64,000 bases of DNA from Paracoccaceae bacterium (GCA_046294955.1 JBKBOF010000002.1:4963-68962); one strand, 5' to 3'. Shown: positions 50,729 through 61,688, counted from the first letter of the stretch. Numbers and translations are program-made. The notes: generated by a model from the letters alone, not told the origin.

Positions 50729-51958
50729 TCACAACGGCTGACCCCTAAGCATGCGCGGCACGTCTCCCGTCAGTCCGGCCGCTTGACGGATAAAGCCACG
50801 GCGCAGTCCGGGTACGGCGTTGACAGCCCCCATCCCAAGGTCGCGCGCCATACGCAACACAGGGTTATTGTTTGAAAACAGCCTGTTGATCGTGTCCATG
50901 CCCAAGGCCAGCACCGTTGAGTCGAACCGCCGCCAGCGCTGATACCGTTCCAGAACATCTGCCGCGCCGATGTCTTCTCCCCGGCGCGACGACCCCACCA
51001 GAACTTCAGCCAGTGCCCCGACATCACGCAGACCAAGGTTCAGCCCCTGACCGGCAATCGGGTGAACACCATGCGCCGCGTCACCCACCAGAGCAAGTCG
51101 CGGCGCGATGAAGCTTTGGGCAAGGCTCAGGGACAACGGATAAGTGAACCGCGCGCCCGCCAGCGCAAGCTCGCCCAGGAACTCACCAAAGCGTGGTCGC
51201 AGCACCTCCAGATAGCGGTCATCGTCAAGAGCCTGAATGGAGGCGGCAGCACTTTCCGTTTCGCTCCACACAATCGAGGAATGATGCCCACCGGCCAGAG
51301 GCAAGATCGCCAAGGGACCGGGGGGCATGAAAAACTGTTGCGCGATACCCTGATGGTCCTTTTCGTGCCAGACTGCCGTCACCAGCGCGGTTTGGCCATA
51401 GCCCCAGCCGACCCGCACAATGCCCGCGCGCTCCGCTGTTCCCGACCCGCGCCCGTCACATCCCACCAGAAGCCGTGCGGACACTGTCTTGCCTGAGGCC
51501 AGCGTGACGGTAACGCCCTGTCCTTCAACCTGTTGTGCGACAACAGTTTCACCCGAAAGCAGCGTAATACCGGGTGTCTCGACCATCGTATCGAGAAAAG
51601 CACGGTACAGATGCCGGTCCTCCAGCATGAACCCCATTGGGCCTTCTTCGATTTCGGCAGAGTCGAAATGCAGAAAGAACGGAGCAGCGCCTTGCCCTGC
51701 CACACCATCCGACGCCTTGATCTGGAAGATCGGCTGCACCTGCGCTGCGACCTTGGGCCAGACGTCGATCACCGACAACAACCGCTTCGACGCAATGGCC
51801 AGCGCATAGGCCCGGCCGTCAAAACCAACTTCTGCCCGTGCAGGGGCAGGGCGGGCATCGACCACCGTCACGCTAAGCCCGGATTTTGCCAAGGCAAGGG
51901 CCAGTGCCGGGCCGTTCAATCCCCCACCGGCAATCAGGATGTCGCTGTCATATGTCAT
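50729..51958 (-). CDS. UbiH/UbiL-family FAD-dependent ubiquinone biosynthesis hydroxylase
   Basis: GGGLNG, DGRAYAL, GDAAHGVHPIAGQGLNLG. Confidence 0.9.
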   Translation of the reverse strand: MTYDSDILIAGGGLNGPALALALAKSGLSVTVVDARPAPARAEVGFDGRAYALAIASKRLLSVIDVWPKVAAQVQPIFQIKASDGVAGQGAAPFFLHFDSAEIEEGPMGFMLEDRHLYRAFLDTMVETPGITLLSGETVVAQQVEGQGVTVTLASGKTVSARLLVGCDGRGSGTAERAGIVRVGWGYGQTALVTAVWHEKDHQGIAQQFFMPPGPLAILPLAGGHHSSIVWSETESAAASIQALDDDRYLEVLRPRFGEFLGELALAGARFTYPLSLSLAQSFIAPRLALVGDAAHGVHPIAGQGLNLGLRDVGALAEVLVGSSRRGEDIGAADVLERYQRWRRFDSTVLALGMDTINRLFSNNNPVLRMARDLGMGAVNAVPGLRRGFIRQAAGLTGDVPRMLRGQPL

Positions 51959-52037
51959 GGGTTCGACTATGGGGCAAAGCGTGGGATTGTCCATGCGCTG
52001 CCTTGCCGCTAGCCTTCTTCCCAAACGGGGGCAAGGT

Positions 52038-53369
52038 ATGGCGAAGATCTGGGCGAACATGACAGCGGCCGAACTGGGGGCAGAGATCGGCAAGGGTCGG
52101 ATCAATCCGGTCGAGTTGTGCGAAATGCAACTGGATGCGATCGACCACCATCCCTTGCGCGACCGCATCTATGCCCGGGTGATGCCCAACCGCAGCCGGG
52201 CCGAAGCGATGGCGGCCGCATCCCGCGCCAAGGCCGGGTTGCGGCGTGGCGTTCTGGATGGCGTGCCGATCAGCTGGAAAGATCTGTTCGACAGCGCAGG
52301 CCGCGCCACCGAGGCCGGGTCTGCACTGCTCATGGGGCGCACGCCCAAGGCCGATGCCGAAGTCTTGCGCATGGCCACGCTGCAAGGACTGGTGTGTCTT
52401 GGCAAAACCCATATGTCGGAACTTGCTTTCTCGGGGTTGGGACTCAACCCCGTGACGGCCACGCCGCCCTGTATCAATGATGAGGCCGCCGTCAGTGGCG
52501 GGTCTTCGTCGGGGGCCGCGACCTCGGTGGCCTTTGGATTGGCTCCCGCCGCCATCGGTTCCGATACGGGCGGATCGGTTCGCATCCCTGCGGCATGGAA
52601 CGATCTTGTCGGGCTGAAGACCACGCATGGCCGCCTGTCGCTGCAAGGTGTGGTGCCCTTGTGCGAGATGTTCGACACAGTTGGCCCGTTGGCGCGGACG
52701 GTTCAGGATTGCGCGTTGCTGCTTGCAGCTCTCGAAGGCAGCCGCGCGGCCGATCTGACCGGGGCAAGTCTGTCGGGGGCGCGGCTGCTGGTTCTGGAAA
52801 CGGTAGCGCTTGACGATTTGCGCGATCGCCCCGCTCAGGGCTTTGACGATGCCTTGGCCCGTCTGGCCCGCGCTGGTGCGCGCATCGAACGCGGCACCAT
52901 CCCTGAAGTGACCGAGGCCATGGGATTGGCCGCCATCCTGTTCACCGCCGAAGCCTATGGTATCTGGGCCAAAATCATCGAGACCGCGCCACACAAGATG
53001 TTCCCCCGTATTCTGGAACGCTTCCGGTCGGGCGCGACCCACAGTGCGTCGGACTATGTTGCCGCGTGGCGCCGCCTGCACGTCTTGCGGGCGATTTGGG
53101 CGCAGGCCGTTGCCGGCTTCGATGCTGTTCTGGTTCCGACCGCACCGATCCTGCCGCCGCATGCAGACAGGCTGATGACCGATGACGCCTATTACGTTAC
53201 CGAAAACCTGCTGGCCCTGCGCAACACCCGCATCGCCAATCTGATGGGCGGTTGCGCGCTGACGCTGCCCACCTCGCAACCGTCTTGCGGTATCAGCCTG
53301 ATGGCCCCGCCCCATGCGGAAGAACGCCTGTTGCGGCTTGGTGCCGCTGCGGAACATGCGCTGCGCTGA
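52038..53369 (+). CDS. Amidase signature family protein
   Basis: ISWKDL, GGSSSG, GSDTGGSVRIPA. Confidence 0.92.
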   Translation: MAKIWANMTAAELGAEIGKGRINPVELCEMQLDAIDHHPLRDRIYARVMPNRSRAEAMAAASRAKAGLRRGVLDGVPISWKDLFDSAGRATEAGSALLMGRTPKADAEVLRMATLQGLVCLGKTHMSELAFSGLGLNPVTATPPCINDEAAVSGGSSSGAATSVAFGLAPAAIGSDTGGSVRIPAAWNDLVGLKTTHGRLSLQGVVPLCEMFDTVGPLARTVQDCALLLAALEGSRAADLTGASLSGARLLVLETVALDDLRDRPAQGFDDALARLARAGARIERGTIPEVTEAMGLAAILFTAEAYGIWAKIIETAPHKMFPRILERFRSGATHSASDYVAAWRRLHVLRAIWAQAVAGFDAVLVPTAPILPPHADRLMTDDAYYVTENLLALRNTRIANLMGGCALTLPTSQPSCGISLMAPPHAEERLLRLGAAAEHALR

Positions 53370-53511
53370 AAACACCGGTCCGCAACCGGGCCAAAAAGAC
53401 ACAATCGCTTGCGGCTAACCTCAAGCCATTGCGCCTTTTTCTGGACCGCACCCGGATCACTGGCTATCGTAGAGCAAAACGGGGCGATACGACCCCGAGC
53501 ATGAGGCAGTT

Positions 53512-54708
53512 ATGGCGTTTCCAGAGCGGTTCTCGAACCTGCCGGATTATGCGTTTCCGCGGCTGCGGAAGCTTCTGGACACGCATGCGCCGGGCGGAAC
53601 GCCCATTGCGATGACTATTGGCGAACCCCGCCACCCGATGCCCGGCTTTGTCGGCCCGATTCTGGCACAAAACCTTGACGGCTTCGGAATCTATCCGCCC
53701 AATGACGGCACGCCCGAGCTTTTGGCTGCAATCGCAGGATGGGTCAAACGGCGTTATGGCGTGCCGCTAGTGCCGGACCAGATCATGGCGCTGAACGGCA
53801 CCCGTGAAGGTTTGTTCAACGCTGCCATTGCCTTGGCACCGGAAACCAAGGGCGGCAAACGTCCTGCCATCCTGATGCCAAATCCGTTCTATCAGGTCTA
53901 TGCTGTCGCTGCGCTCAGCGTCGGGGCCGAACCGATCTATGTTCCAGCGACGTCGGAAACCGGCTTTCTTCCCGATTATGAATCCCTTCCCACAGAACTG
54001 TTGGACCGTGTGACGGTGGCCTATCTTTGCTCTCCGGCCAATCCGCAAGGCGTAGTGGCCCCGGTTGACTATCTGGCGCGGCTGATGGACTTGGCAGAAA
54101 AGCACGATTTCCGGATCTTCGCGGATGAATGCTATTCCGAAATCTGGCGTGACGCCCCACCGCCCGGTGCGTTGGCCGTGACGCAGTCGCAAGGGGCAGA
54201 CCCCGAGCGTGTCGCGGTCTTCCATTCGCTGTCCAAGCGGTCGAATCTGCCGGGCTTGCGATCGGGATTTGTGGCCACCGGTGCTGCGAGCATGGCGCGC
54301 ATCCGCCAGTTGCGTGCTTTTGCCGGGGCCCCCCTGCCGCTGCCGATCCAGCGCGTGTCGGAAGCCGTCTGGGCTGACGAAGATCACGTCGCCCAAAGCT
54401 TGGCCCTCTATCAGGCCAAGTTCCGGATGGCGGATCAGGTCTTTTCCAGCCTTTACAACCGCGTTTCCCCCGAAGGCGGCTTTTTCTTGTGGCTCCCGGT
54501 GCCAAAGCAAGTCGACGGCGGCGACGGCGAATCTGCCGCTCTGAAATTATGGTGCGAAACCGGCGTTCGGGTTTTGCCCGGTGCTTATCTTTCGCGCGAT
54601 GTCGGGAAACAGAATCCCGGCAAGAACTTTATTCGGGTGGCCCTTGTTGCCCCCCAAGACGAATTGCAGCACGGGCTGATCCAGCTTCGTGACTGCCTCT
54701 ATGATTGA
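53512..54708 (+). CDS. Class I/II aminotransferase (DapC-like)
   Basis: GTREGLF, PNPFYQVY, DECYSEI, SLSKRSNLPGLRSG. Confidence 0.88.
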   Translation: MAFPERFSNLPDYAFPRLRKLLDTHAPGGTPIAMTIGEPRHPMPGFVGPILAQNLDGFGIYPPNDGTPELLAAIAGWVKRRYGVPLVPDQIMALNGTREGLFNAAIALAPETKGGKRPAILMPNPFYQVYAVAALSVGAEPIYVPATSETGFLPDYESLPTELLDRVTVAYLCSPANPQGVVAPVDYLARLMDLAEKHDFRIFADECYSEIWRDAPPPGALAVTQSQGADPERVAVFHSLSKRSNLPGLRSGFVATGAASMARIRQLRAFAGAPLPLPIQRVSEAVWADEDHVAQSLALYQAKFRMADQVFSSLYNRVSPEGGFFLWLPVPKQVDGGDGESAALKLWCETGVRVLPGAYLSRDVGKQNPGKNFIRVALVAPQDELQHGLIQLRDCLYD

Positions 54709-54723
54709 GGACAGGTAAGGTTC

Positions 54724-57700
54724 ATGGCATCCATCAACATGCGTCAGCGCGACCCGCTTCTGGATCAGAACACCGCCGCCATGCTGGAACGCCGCGGGCG
54801 CGAACTTGTGGGGATCGCGCTGTTGTTGGTGGCATTGCTGTTCGCGCTGATGCTGGGCAGTTATTCGCATGAAGATCCGGGCTGGATGGTGGCGACCGAT
54901 CAGCCTGCGGACAATATGCTGGGCCGTTTCGGCGCTGCGGTGTCCTCGACGTTGATCATCATCGCGGGCAAGGGTGCCTGGATGATCCCGGTGATCCTTG
55001 GGGTCTGGGGGGTGCGCTTTGTGTCGCACCGCGGGGCGGACCGCGCCGTTGGGCGCATCGTGTTCGCGGTGATCGCGGTCGCACTATCATCGGTCTTTGC
55101 CGCAACGCTGGTGCCCGGCGCGGGCTGGCCCCATTCTTTTGGCCTTGGCGGCCTGTTCGGCGATACAATCCTTGGCACACTTTTGGGGGTGGCACCGGTC
55201 AATGCGGGCCTCGGGCTGAATTTGTTTTCGGTGATTCTGGGCGGGCTTTTGCTTGTCATGGGCCTGTGGGTTACCGGCTTTACCGTTCTGGAACTGTCGG
55301 TGATCGGGCGCTTTCTGGCCATGGGCACGATCTTTGCCTATGACACTTCGCTTGCCTTGGCCGGACGCGGCACATCGCGGGCCGCCATGGCCCTTGCCGA
55401 CCGTCGCGCCACCAAGGCCGAGGCGATGGCATCGCGGTCTGCCCGCAGAACGCAAGACTGGCACGATACGCAGGCCGAACCGCCAATGGCCACCGCGGCT
55501 TTGGGGGGCCGCAATGCAGCAATCCATCGCGCCCCCGGCGCCGAGGCCCCTACTGTGTCACAGCCCGCCGAATGGGGGCGGCCATCTGCGCTGCGCGGCA
55601 CCCTGCGCGCAGACCCGCGCTATCCCGAACCCATGGCCGAGGCGGCACACTATGCGCCCCCGCGTGAAAAGGTCGGTCTTCTGGCGCGGATGCCACACCT
55701 GATGCGGCGCATGGCCGAACCGGAACCCGAACTGGTGGAACCTGCCCTGCCCGACTACGCCGATGATGTGGCGCCCGATGATGACCGCATCAAGGCCCGG
55801 ATTTCCGATGCCATCCGGTCGCGGATGCGCCACCCAGGCCCGGCCCTGAACCCCGTCAACGCCACCGTGCAATCGCGGCGCGAACCGCCAGTGGCCCGCA
55901 GCCTGACGCAGCGACTGCGCGGGCCGCAACCTTTGATTGCCGACACCCGGATGGGCATGGGGCCTGCGGCCAAATCAGGCCTTCCTGTAGAGCCACCGCT
56001 GACGGCGGCGCGCATACCCGCCAGCGCTTTTCCACAGGCGGGCCTTCACACACCGCCGCGCCCGCCAAGCGGCCAGCCTGAATCCGAGGTCTGGGAGGAG
56101 GATTCCAATCTGTTCGCCCCCACTCTGACAGACGCAGCCAACCCGGACGATGACACCAGCGACGACTGGCACCCCAACGGCGATTTCGAACCCGACTACC
56201 ACCCTGCCCCCCTGCCCCCGCGCGCGCACGCTCATGCCCATGCTCAAGAAGCCCGCAAGCCAGTGGTGCAGCACATCGTGAAAAAGCCGATGACCCCATC
56301 CCGCCAGGCCATCGCGGAAACCCAGCCTCGGCTACGCTTTGATGAAATCGCCAGCCAACCCTACGAATTGCCGCCACTGTCGCTGCTGTCCAGCCCATCA
56401 ACCGTCGAACGGCACACGCTGTCGGACGAGGCACTTGAGGAAAACGCGCGGATGCTCGAATCGGTGCTGGATGATTACGGGGTAAAGGGTGAAATCGTCT
56501 CGGTGCGCCCCGGCCCGGTTGTGACGATGTATGAACTTGAGCCTGCCCCCGGCCTGAAGGCCAGTCGAGTGATCGGTCTGGCAGACGATATTGCGCGGTC
56601 GATGTCGGCGCTGTCGGCCCGCGTCTCGACCGTGCCGGGCCGGTCCGTCATCGGTATCGAACTGCCCAACGCAACGCGTGAAAAGGTGGTCTTGCGCGAA
56701 ATCCTGTCGGCCCGCGATTTTGGCGACAGCAACATGCGCTTGCCGCTGGCGCTTGGCAAAGACATCGGCGGCGATGCGATCGTGGCCAACCTTGCCAAGA
56801 TGCCCCACCTGCTGATCGCGGGAACCACCGGTTCGGGAAAATCGGTGGCCATCAACACCATGATCCTGTCGCTGCTTTACAAGCTGACGCCCGAGGAATG
56901 CCGGTTGATCATGATCGACCCGAAGATGCTGGAACTTTCCGTGTATGACGGTATCCCGCACCTTTTGTCCCCCGTCGTGACCGATCCGAAGAAGGCGGTT
57001 GTCGCGCTGAAATGGGTCGTGGGCGAGATGGAAGAGCGCTATCGCAAGATGTCGAAGATGGGCGTGCGGAATATCGAAGGCTTCAATGGCCGAGTGCGCG
57101 AAGCCCTTGCCAAGGGTGAGATGTTCAAGCGCACGATCCAGACCGGCTTTGACGAGGATACCGGCGAGCCGGTGTTCGAGACGGAAGAATTCGCGCCCGT
57201 GGCCTTGCCATACATCGTTGTGATCGTGGATGAGATGGCCGACCTGATGATGGTCGCCGGCAAGGAAATCGAAGCCTGCATTCAGCGGTTGGCGCAGATG
57301 GCACGGGCATCCGGCATCCACCTGATCATGGCCACCCAGCGCCCGTCGGTGGACGTAATCACCGGCACCATCAAGGCGAACTTTCCGACCCGCATCAGCT
57401 TTCAGGTGACAAGCAAGATCGACAGCCGCACTATCCTTGGCGAACAGGGGGCCGAACAGCTTCTGGGCATGGGCGACATGCTGTATATGGGCAACGGTGC
57501 CAAGATCACCCGTATCCACGGCCCGTTCGTCAGCGACGAAGAGGTGGAAGAAATCGTCAACCACCTGAAATCCTTTGGCCCACCCGTCTATATGTCCGGC
57601 GTCGTCGAAGGCCCCGACGAAGACAGCGCGTCGGATATCGACGTGGTTCTGGGACTGTCCACGGGTGACGGCGGCGAAGACGCGCTTTATGATCAGGCCG

Positions 57701-57867
57701 TCGCCATCGTGGCAAAAGACCGTAAATGTTCGACCAGCTATATCCAGCGCAAATTGGGCATCGGCTACAACAAGGCCGCCAAACTGGTCGAGCAGATGGA
57801 AGAGCAGATGGTCGTCACCGCAGCCAACCACGTCGGCAAACGCGAAATTTTGGTGCCGGAAACCTGA
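54724..57867 (+). CDS. ftsK: DNA translocase FtsK
   Basis: N-terminal TM domain, Pro-rich linker, [15 protein letters not shown], gamma domain [17 protein letters not shown]. Confidence 0.97.
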   Translation: MASINMRQRDPLLDQNTAAMLERRGRELVGIALLLVALLFALMLGSYSHEDPGWMVATDQPADNMLGRFGAAVSSTLIIIAGKGAWMIPVILGVWGVRFVSHRGADRAVGRIVFAVIAVALSSVFAATLVPGAGWPHSFGLGGLFGDTILGTLLGVAPVNAGLGLNLFSVILGGLLLVMGLWVTGFTVLELSVIGRFLAMGTIFAYDTSLALAGRGTSRAAMALADRRATKAEAMASRSARRTQDWHDTQAEPPMATAALGGRNAAIHRAPGAEAPTVSQPAEWGRPSALRGTLRADPRYPEPMAEAAHYAPPREKVGLLARMPHLMRRMAEPEPELVEPALPDYADDVAPDDDRIKARISDAIRSRMRHPGPALNPVNATVQSRREPPVARSLTQRLRGPQPLIADTRMGMGPAAKSGLPVEPPLTAARIPASAFPQAGLHTPPRPPSGQPESEVWEEDSNLFAPTLTDAANPDDDTSDDWHPNGDFEPDYHPAPLPPRAHAHAHAQEARKPVVQHIVKKPMTPSRQAIAETQPRLRFDEIASQPYELPPLSLLSSPSTVERHTLSDEALEENARMLESVLDDYGVKGEIVSVRPGPVVTMYELEPAPGLKASRVIGLADDIARSMSALSARVSTVPGRSVIGIELPNATREKVVLREILSARDFGDSNMRLPLALGKDIGGDAIVANLAKMPHLLIAGTTGSGKSVAINTMILSLLYKLTPEECRLIMIDPKMLELSVYDGIPHLLSPVVTDPKKAVVALKWVVGEMEERYRKMSKMGVRNIEGFNGRVREALAKGEMFKRTIQTGFDEDTGEPVFETEEFAPVALPYIVVIVDEMADLMMVAGKEIEACIQRLAQMARASGIHLIMATQRPSVDVITGTIKANFPTRISFQVTSKIDSRTILGEQGAEQLLGMGDMLYMGNGAKITRIHGPFVSDEEVEEIVNHLKSFGPPVYMSGVVEGPDEDSASDIDVVLGLSTGDGGEDALYDQAVAIVAKDRKCSTSYIQRKLGIGYNKAAKLVEQMEEQMVVTAANHVGKREILVPET

Positions 57868-57883
57868 ATCGAACACCGATCGC

Positions 57884-57917
57884 GAAAAGCGCGCGCCGTA
57901 TCCCGGCGCGCGTTTTC
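57884..57917 (+). terminator. Rho-independent terminator after ftsK
   Basis: CGCGCGCCG-tatcc-CGGCGCGCG followed by TTTT. Confidence 0.75.
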
Positions 57918-58037
57918 CTATGACCACCCCCGGGCAGAACGCACGCCAAAGCACAGCCGTTCACAGGATCGGCAAAACCCCGCAACCTTTATGCAATCGC
58001 TGATGCAAGGCAACCCAGCCATGATTATATCGCAGCC

Positions 58038-58640
58038 ATGAACCGCAGAACCGCCATATTGGCCCCGCTTGCCCTTCTCGCGTTTGGCGCCCCGGCTTTC
58101 GCCGCGAGGATCCCTCTGTCCGAATTGTCTTTATATCTGAATGGTCTGACCACGGTCGAGGCCGACTTTACCCAGATCAACGGCGATGGGACGATTGCTA
58201 CGGGCAAGGTGTTCATCCGCCGTCCTGGCCGGGTGCGGTTTGAATACGCCCCACCAGACCGCAGCCTTGTGATAGCGGGGGGCAGTCAGGTGGCGATTTT
58301 CGACCCAAAGTCGAACCAGCCGCCCGAGCAATATCCGCTGTCGCGCACTCCGCTGAACCTGATCCTTGCAGCCAACGTCGATCTGGCTCGTGCAAAGATG
58401 GTCGTCGGCCACAAAGAGGTTGAAAATACCACTCGTGTCGTGGCGCAAGATCCGAACAATCCCGCCTATGGCACCATCGAGTTGGTTTTCACTGCGAAGC
58501 CAGTTGAACTACGGCAGTGGATCATCACCGACGATGTTGGCAACAAGACCACTGTCATTCTGGGCGAAATGAAAAAGGGCGGCGCGATGCCCGCATCCTA
58601 TTTTGACATCACGGCAGAGACCAGCAAACGCGGGCTCTGA
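58038..58640 (+). CDS. lolA: Outer membrane lipoprotein carrier LolA family
   Basis: ADFTQ..G..IRRPGRVRFEY, YPLSRTPL; ftsK-lolA synteny. Confidence 0.88.
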   Translation: MNRRTAILAPLALLAFGAPAFAARIPLSELSLYLNGLTTVEADFTQINGDGTIATGKVFIRRPGRVRFEYAPPDRSLVIAGGSQVAIFDPKSNQPPEQYPLSRTPLNLILAANVDLARAKMVVGHKEVENTTRVVAQDPNNPAYGTIELVFTAKPVELRQWIITDDVGNKTTVILGEMKKGGAMPASYFDITAETSKRGL

Positions 58641-58662
58641 TGCAAACCGTCAAACCGCCCGA

Positions 58663-59250
58663 CTAGCGCCCGCATCCTGCCAGTTGCTGGGAGTACATCT
58701 GCGACCGTGACTGCACCCGCGCCGCCACATCGACCAGCCAGGGTTTGCCAAGATAAGACTGGCGCGCGTATCCGCTGCGGCCTTCGTGGTAAGCAAGATA
58801 CTGCCCCTGGGCATCCGTCTTGGAAATACCCAGCCGCTGTTCGGACTGATGCATGTACCATCCCATGAAATCGGTGGCATCGCTGATCCGGTCGCGACGG
58901 GCACCGTTGCGGCGCTGATCGGCCTGATACTCTTCCCATGTCCCATCCAGCGCCTGACTGTAGCCATAGGCCGACGATTGCCGTCCCATCGGAATGATGC
59001 CCAGCGCAAAACGGTGCGGGGTCTGTGCATTGCCGATGAATTTCGATTCCTGATGGATGGTTGCCATCTGGACGTGAATAGGCACACCCCATTTGCGTTC
59101 CGTCGCCTGCATCGCACGGAAATACTGCGGACGCTCGCGCACAATGGCACAGGCGTTGTCCAAATCACGGGGCGCCGAAAACTGGCTGCTGCCGCCACCA
59201 CAAGCGGCCAGCAACAGAAGCAACATCGACGCACGGAGAAGTCTGCTCAT
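58663..59250 (-). CDS. Transglycosylase SLT-domain lipoprotein
   Basis: Lipobox LLAAC, ATIHQESKF, SSAYGYSQALDGTW, YLAYHEG. Confidence 0.85.
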   Translation of the reverse strand: MSRLLRASMLLLLLAACGGGSSQFSAPRDLDNACAIVRERPQYFRAMQATERKWGVPIHVQMATIHQESKFIGNAQTPHRFALGIIPMGRQSSAYGYSQALDGTWEEYQADQRRNGARRDRISDATDFMGWYMHQSEQRLGISKTDAQGQYLAYHEGRSGYARQSYLGKPWLVDVAARVQSRSQMYSQQLAGCGR

Positions 59251-59328
59251 CTGCCCCTCGCACGTTTTTCTTATTGTCGACGAGCATAGGGCAAAAGCCC
59301 CACGGGGGAAATGGGGCACATCGTCTGG

Positions 59329-60240
59329 TCAGATCAGAAATCCGAGAGTGAGCGGCAAGGTGATCACCGCCAAAAGCGTTGAGGCAATCACGAGGCCAGC
59401 CACCGCATCGGCATCGGCCCCATATTTTTCGGCCAGCATGCACGATGTCACCGCGACAGGCGTACTGACCTGCGCCACAAGCACCGCAAAGGCCACTGGG
59501 TCCAATTCAAAATACCGCCCGACGGCAACTGCCACCGCAACCGTCAGTCCACCCCGCATCACCGACAACCAGACAGCCCGCCCAAGCCGCCCCGGGGTCA
59601 ACCGCGCAACCGCCACCCCCAGAGTGATCAGCATCAGCGGAATGGCGATCTGACCCAACAGTGTCAACGAATTGGTCAACCACAACGGTGTCTGCCACCC
59701 CTGCCACAGGAACAGCGCACCCAGCAGCGTCGCACCCATCGCGGGTTCCCTGATCACCCGCAAAAGCGACCCGCCACCCGATACCAGCCAGATGCCAAAG
59801 GTAAAGCTCCAGACCATCATCACGGCAAAGATGACAACGGCATAGCCTAACCCGGCCTCGCCAAACGCAAACAGCGCCAAGGGCAGGCCGACATTGCCGG
59901 TATTGCCAAAGATCATCGGGGCCAGATAGGTCCGGCGTTCCAGCCCCAGCACCTTTACCATCACCCACAAGATAAGGGTCAGCGCGCCATAGGCAACTAC
60001 GGCGGCCAGCGTCACAGCGGTCAGCGCCCCGGGGTCGAGTTCGGTTTTCATCAGTGCGGTAAAGATCAGCGCCGGCACAGACAACGTCATCGACAGCCGC
60101 GTGATGAACTCCATTCTATACTCGTGGCCCGTCTTGACCCAAAGATAACCTATGGCACCCAGCAGACCAAGCGGTGCCACGATCTCAAGCACTGTGAGGA
60201 TAAGGACCACAGTTTGTTTCCCCGTTTGCGCGCCTGTCAT
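59329..60240 (-). CDS. AEC (auxin efflux carrier) family transporter
   Basis: PALIF, FGNTGNVGLPL, AIPLMLITLG, multiple TMs. Confidence 0.88.
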   Translation of the reverse strand: MTGAQTGKQTVVLILTVLEIVAPLGLLGAIGYLWVKTGHEYRMEFITRLSMTLSVPALIFTALMKTELDPGALTAVTLAAVVAYGALTLILWVMVKVLGLERRTYLAPMIFGNTGNVGLPLALFAFGEAGLGYAVVIFAVMMVWSFTFGIWLVSGGGSLLRVIREPAMGATLLGALFLWQGWQTPLWLTNSLTLLGQIAIPLMLITLGVAVARLTPGRLGRAVWLSVMRGGLTVAVAVAVGRYFELDPVAFAVLVAQVSTPVAVTSCMLAEKYGADADAVAGLVIASTLLAVITLPLTLGFLI

Positions 60241-60291
60241 GTGGACAAGGCGTGGCGTTAGGGATTAATAACCATTATCGGGGGATGCAAC

Positions 60292-60621
60292 GTGATGCTG
60301 AGATCAACACCAAAATACCACCTTGGCCAAGTTGTGCGGCACCGCAAGCATCCGTTCCGTGGCGTTGTATTCGACGTGGACGCGATGTTCACCAACACCG
60401 ACGAATGGTATGAAAACATTCCCGAAGAAAGCCGTCCGTCGAAGGATCAGCCATTCTATCACCTGCTGGCTGAAAATGACCAAAGCTATTACGTTGCCTA
60501 CGTTTCGGAACAGAATCTGGTTCCCGACGAAACCGGCGAACCCGTCAGCCATCCGGACCTGTGCGATCTGTTCGGTGATTTTGAAGATGGCCGCTATCCG
60601 CTTCAGTTTCAGCTGAATTGA
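60292..60621 (+). CDS. hspQ: Heat shock protein HspQ (YccV-like)
   Basis: GQVVRHRKHPFRGVVFDVD, QPFYHLLAEN, YVSEQNL. Confidence 0.93.
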   Translation: MMLRSTPKYHLGQVVRHRKHPFRGVVFDVDAMFTNTDEWYENIPEESRPSKDQPFYHLLAENDQSYYVAYVSEQNLVPDETGEPVSHPDLCDLFGDFEDGRYPLQFQLN

Positions 60622-60688
60622 TCGCATCCGTGTTGACCAAGCAGTAACGTTCCCAGACTAGCCTGCCGCAAGAAAGCGGAGGCATAGA

Positions 60689-61033
60689 ATGCAGATTGAA
60701 TGCACCCAAACCCCTGATCTGTTGATCATCCATCTGTGCGAGGCGCGCATTGATGCCGCAGGCGCGATCGACTTCAAGGACCGGATGCGTGACCTGACAT
60801 CCGCTGACACGCGCCGTGTGGTGCTGGATCTGTCACAGGTCTTGTTCATCGATAGCTCGGGTCTGGGCGCGGTTGTGGCGGTGCGCAAATCTCTTGGACC
60901 AGACAGGCCGCTTGAACTGGCCGCGCTGACGCCTGCGGTGGACAAGGTGTTTCGCCTGACCCGAATGGATAGTGTTTTCATCATCCATGCGGCAGTTCCA
61001 GCATCTGTCGGTGGTCTGCGTGATGTCGTCTGA
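60689..61033 (+). CDS. STAS-domain anti-anti-sigma factor (RsbV/RbaV-like)
   Basis: RIDAA, VVLDLSQVLFIDSSGLG with phospho-acceptor Ser, FRLTRMD. Confidence 0.92.
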   Translation: MQIECTQTPDLLIIHLCEARIDAAGAIDFKDRMRDLTSADTRRVVLDLSQVLFIDSSGLGAVVAVRKSLGPDRPLELAALTPAVDKVFRLTRMDSVFIIHAAVPASVGGLRDVV

Positions 61034-61460
61034 CGACCTGCCCGGCCCTACGCGCATCGTCATTCCCTCCGATCCGCTGGCGGTACGCGAAGCACTGCGC
61101 GCCCTGTTCGACCGGCTGACCATGGGTCATATGCACGATGATGCCCGCGACACCGCACAGATCGTGCTGGCCGAGGCTTTGAACAACGTCGTCGAACACG
61201 CCTACGCAAAATTCCCCGGCGAAATCGACGTGACGATTGATCTGTCCCCGCATGGTTTGACCTGCCGCATTATGGATGTGGGGCTGCCCATGCCTGGTGC
61301 AGTACTCCCCGATGGAATTCTTGAACCGACCAGTACCAGTGATGACTTGCCCGAAGGCGGCTTTGGATGGCACTTGATTCGAACGCTGTCAGAAGATTTG
61401 CAGTACCGCCGCGAAGGCGAGTTGAACCTTCTGACATTCCGGATCTCTGTGAAACAATGA
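61023..61460 (+). CDS. Anti-sigma factor Ser kinase, HATPase_c_2 (RsbW/RbaW-like)
   Basis: LAEALNNVVEHAY, DVG, EGGFGWHLI; overlaps STAS gene. Confidence 0.9.
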   Translation: MSSDDLPGPTRIVIPSDPLAVREALRALFDRLTMGHMHDDARDTAQIVLAEALNNVVEHAYAKFPGEIDVTIDLSPHGLTCRIMDVGLPMPGAVLPDGILEPTSTSDDLPEGGFGWHLIRTLSEDLQYRREGELNLLTFRISVKQ

Positions 61461-61576
61461 CCATCGTTCAGTACAACTGTTTCGCAACTTCCGTATCTGA
61501 CACGAAAGGGTCCAACTTTCCCCCTGAATCCGTCGCGACGGAAGATCATACAGCTCTTGTAGCTGCATATAGCTTC

Positions 61577-61622
61577 CCTCGGCGCTGCGGATAATGCCCC
61601 CACCCAGTTCGTGGCGCCGAGG
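61577..61622 (+). ncRNA. Candidate structured RNA: 15-bp stem with C-rich loop
   Basis: CCTCGGCGCTGCGGA / TTCGTGGCGCCGAGG stem with 3 G-U pairs; loop TAATGCCCCCACCCAG. Confidence 0.4.
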
Positions 61623-61688
61623 TTCCCATTGCGCTTTGCAAGCGCTCGTTCGCTGGCTACCGTGCCAGCGCAACAACGGGATGGTTTC

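Noticed and set aside
55400-56350. Pro-rich FtsK linker with RAHAHAHA run
   Set aside because: FtsK linkers are known to be low-complexity and variable; no evidence of function.
60250-60290. TTAA/TAAC words upstream of hspQ as a CtrA site
   Set aside because: Half-site spacing does not fit TTAA-N7-TTAA.
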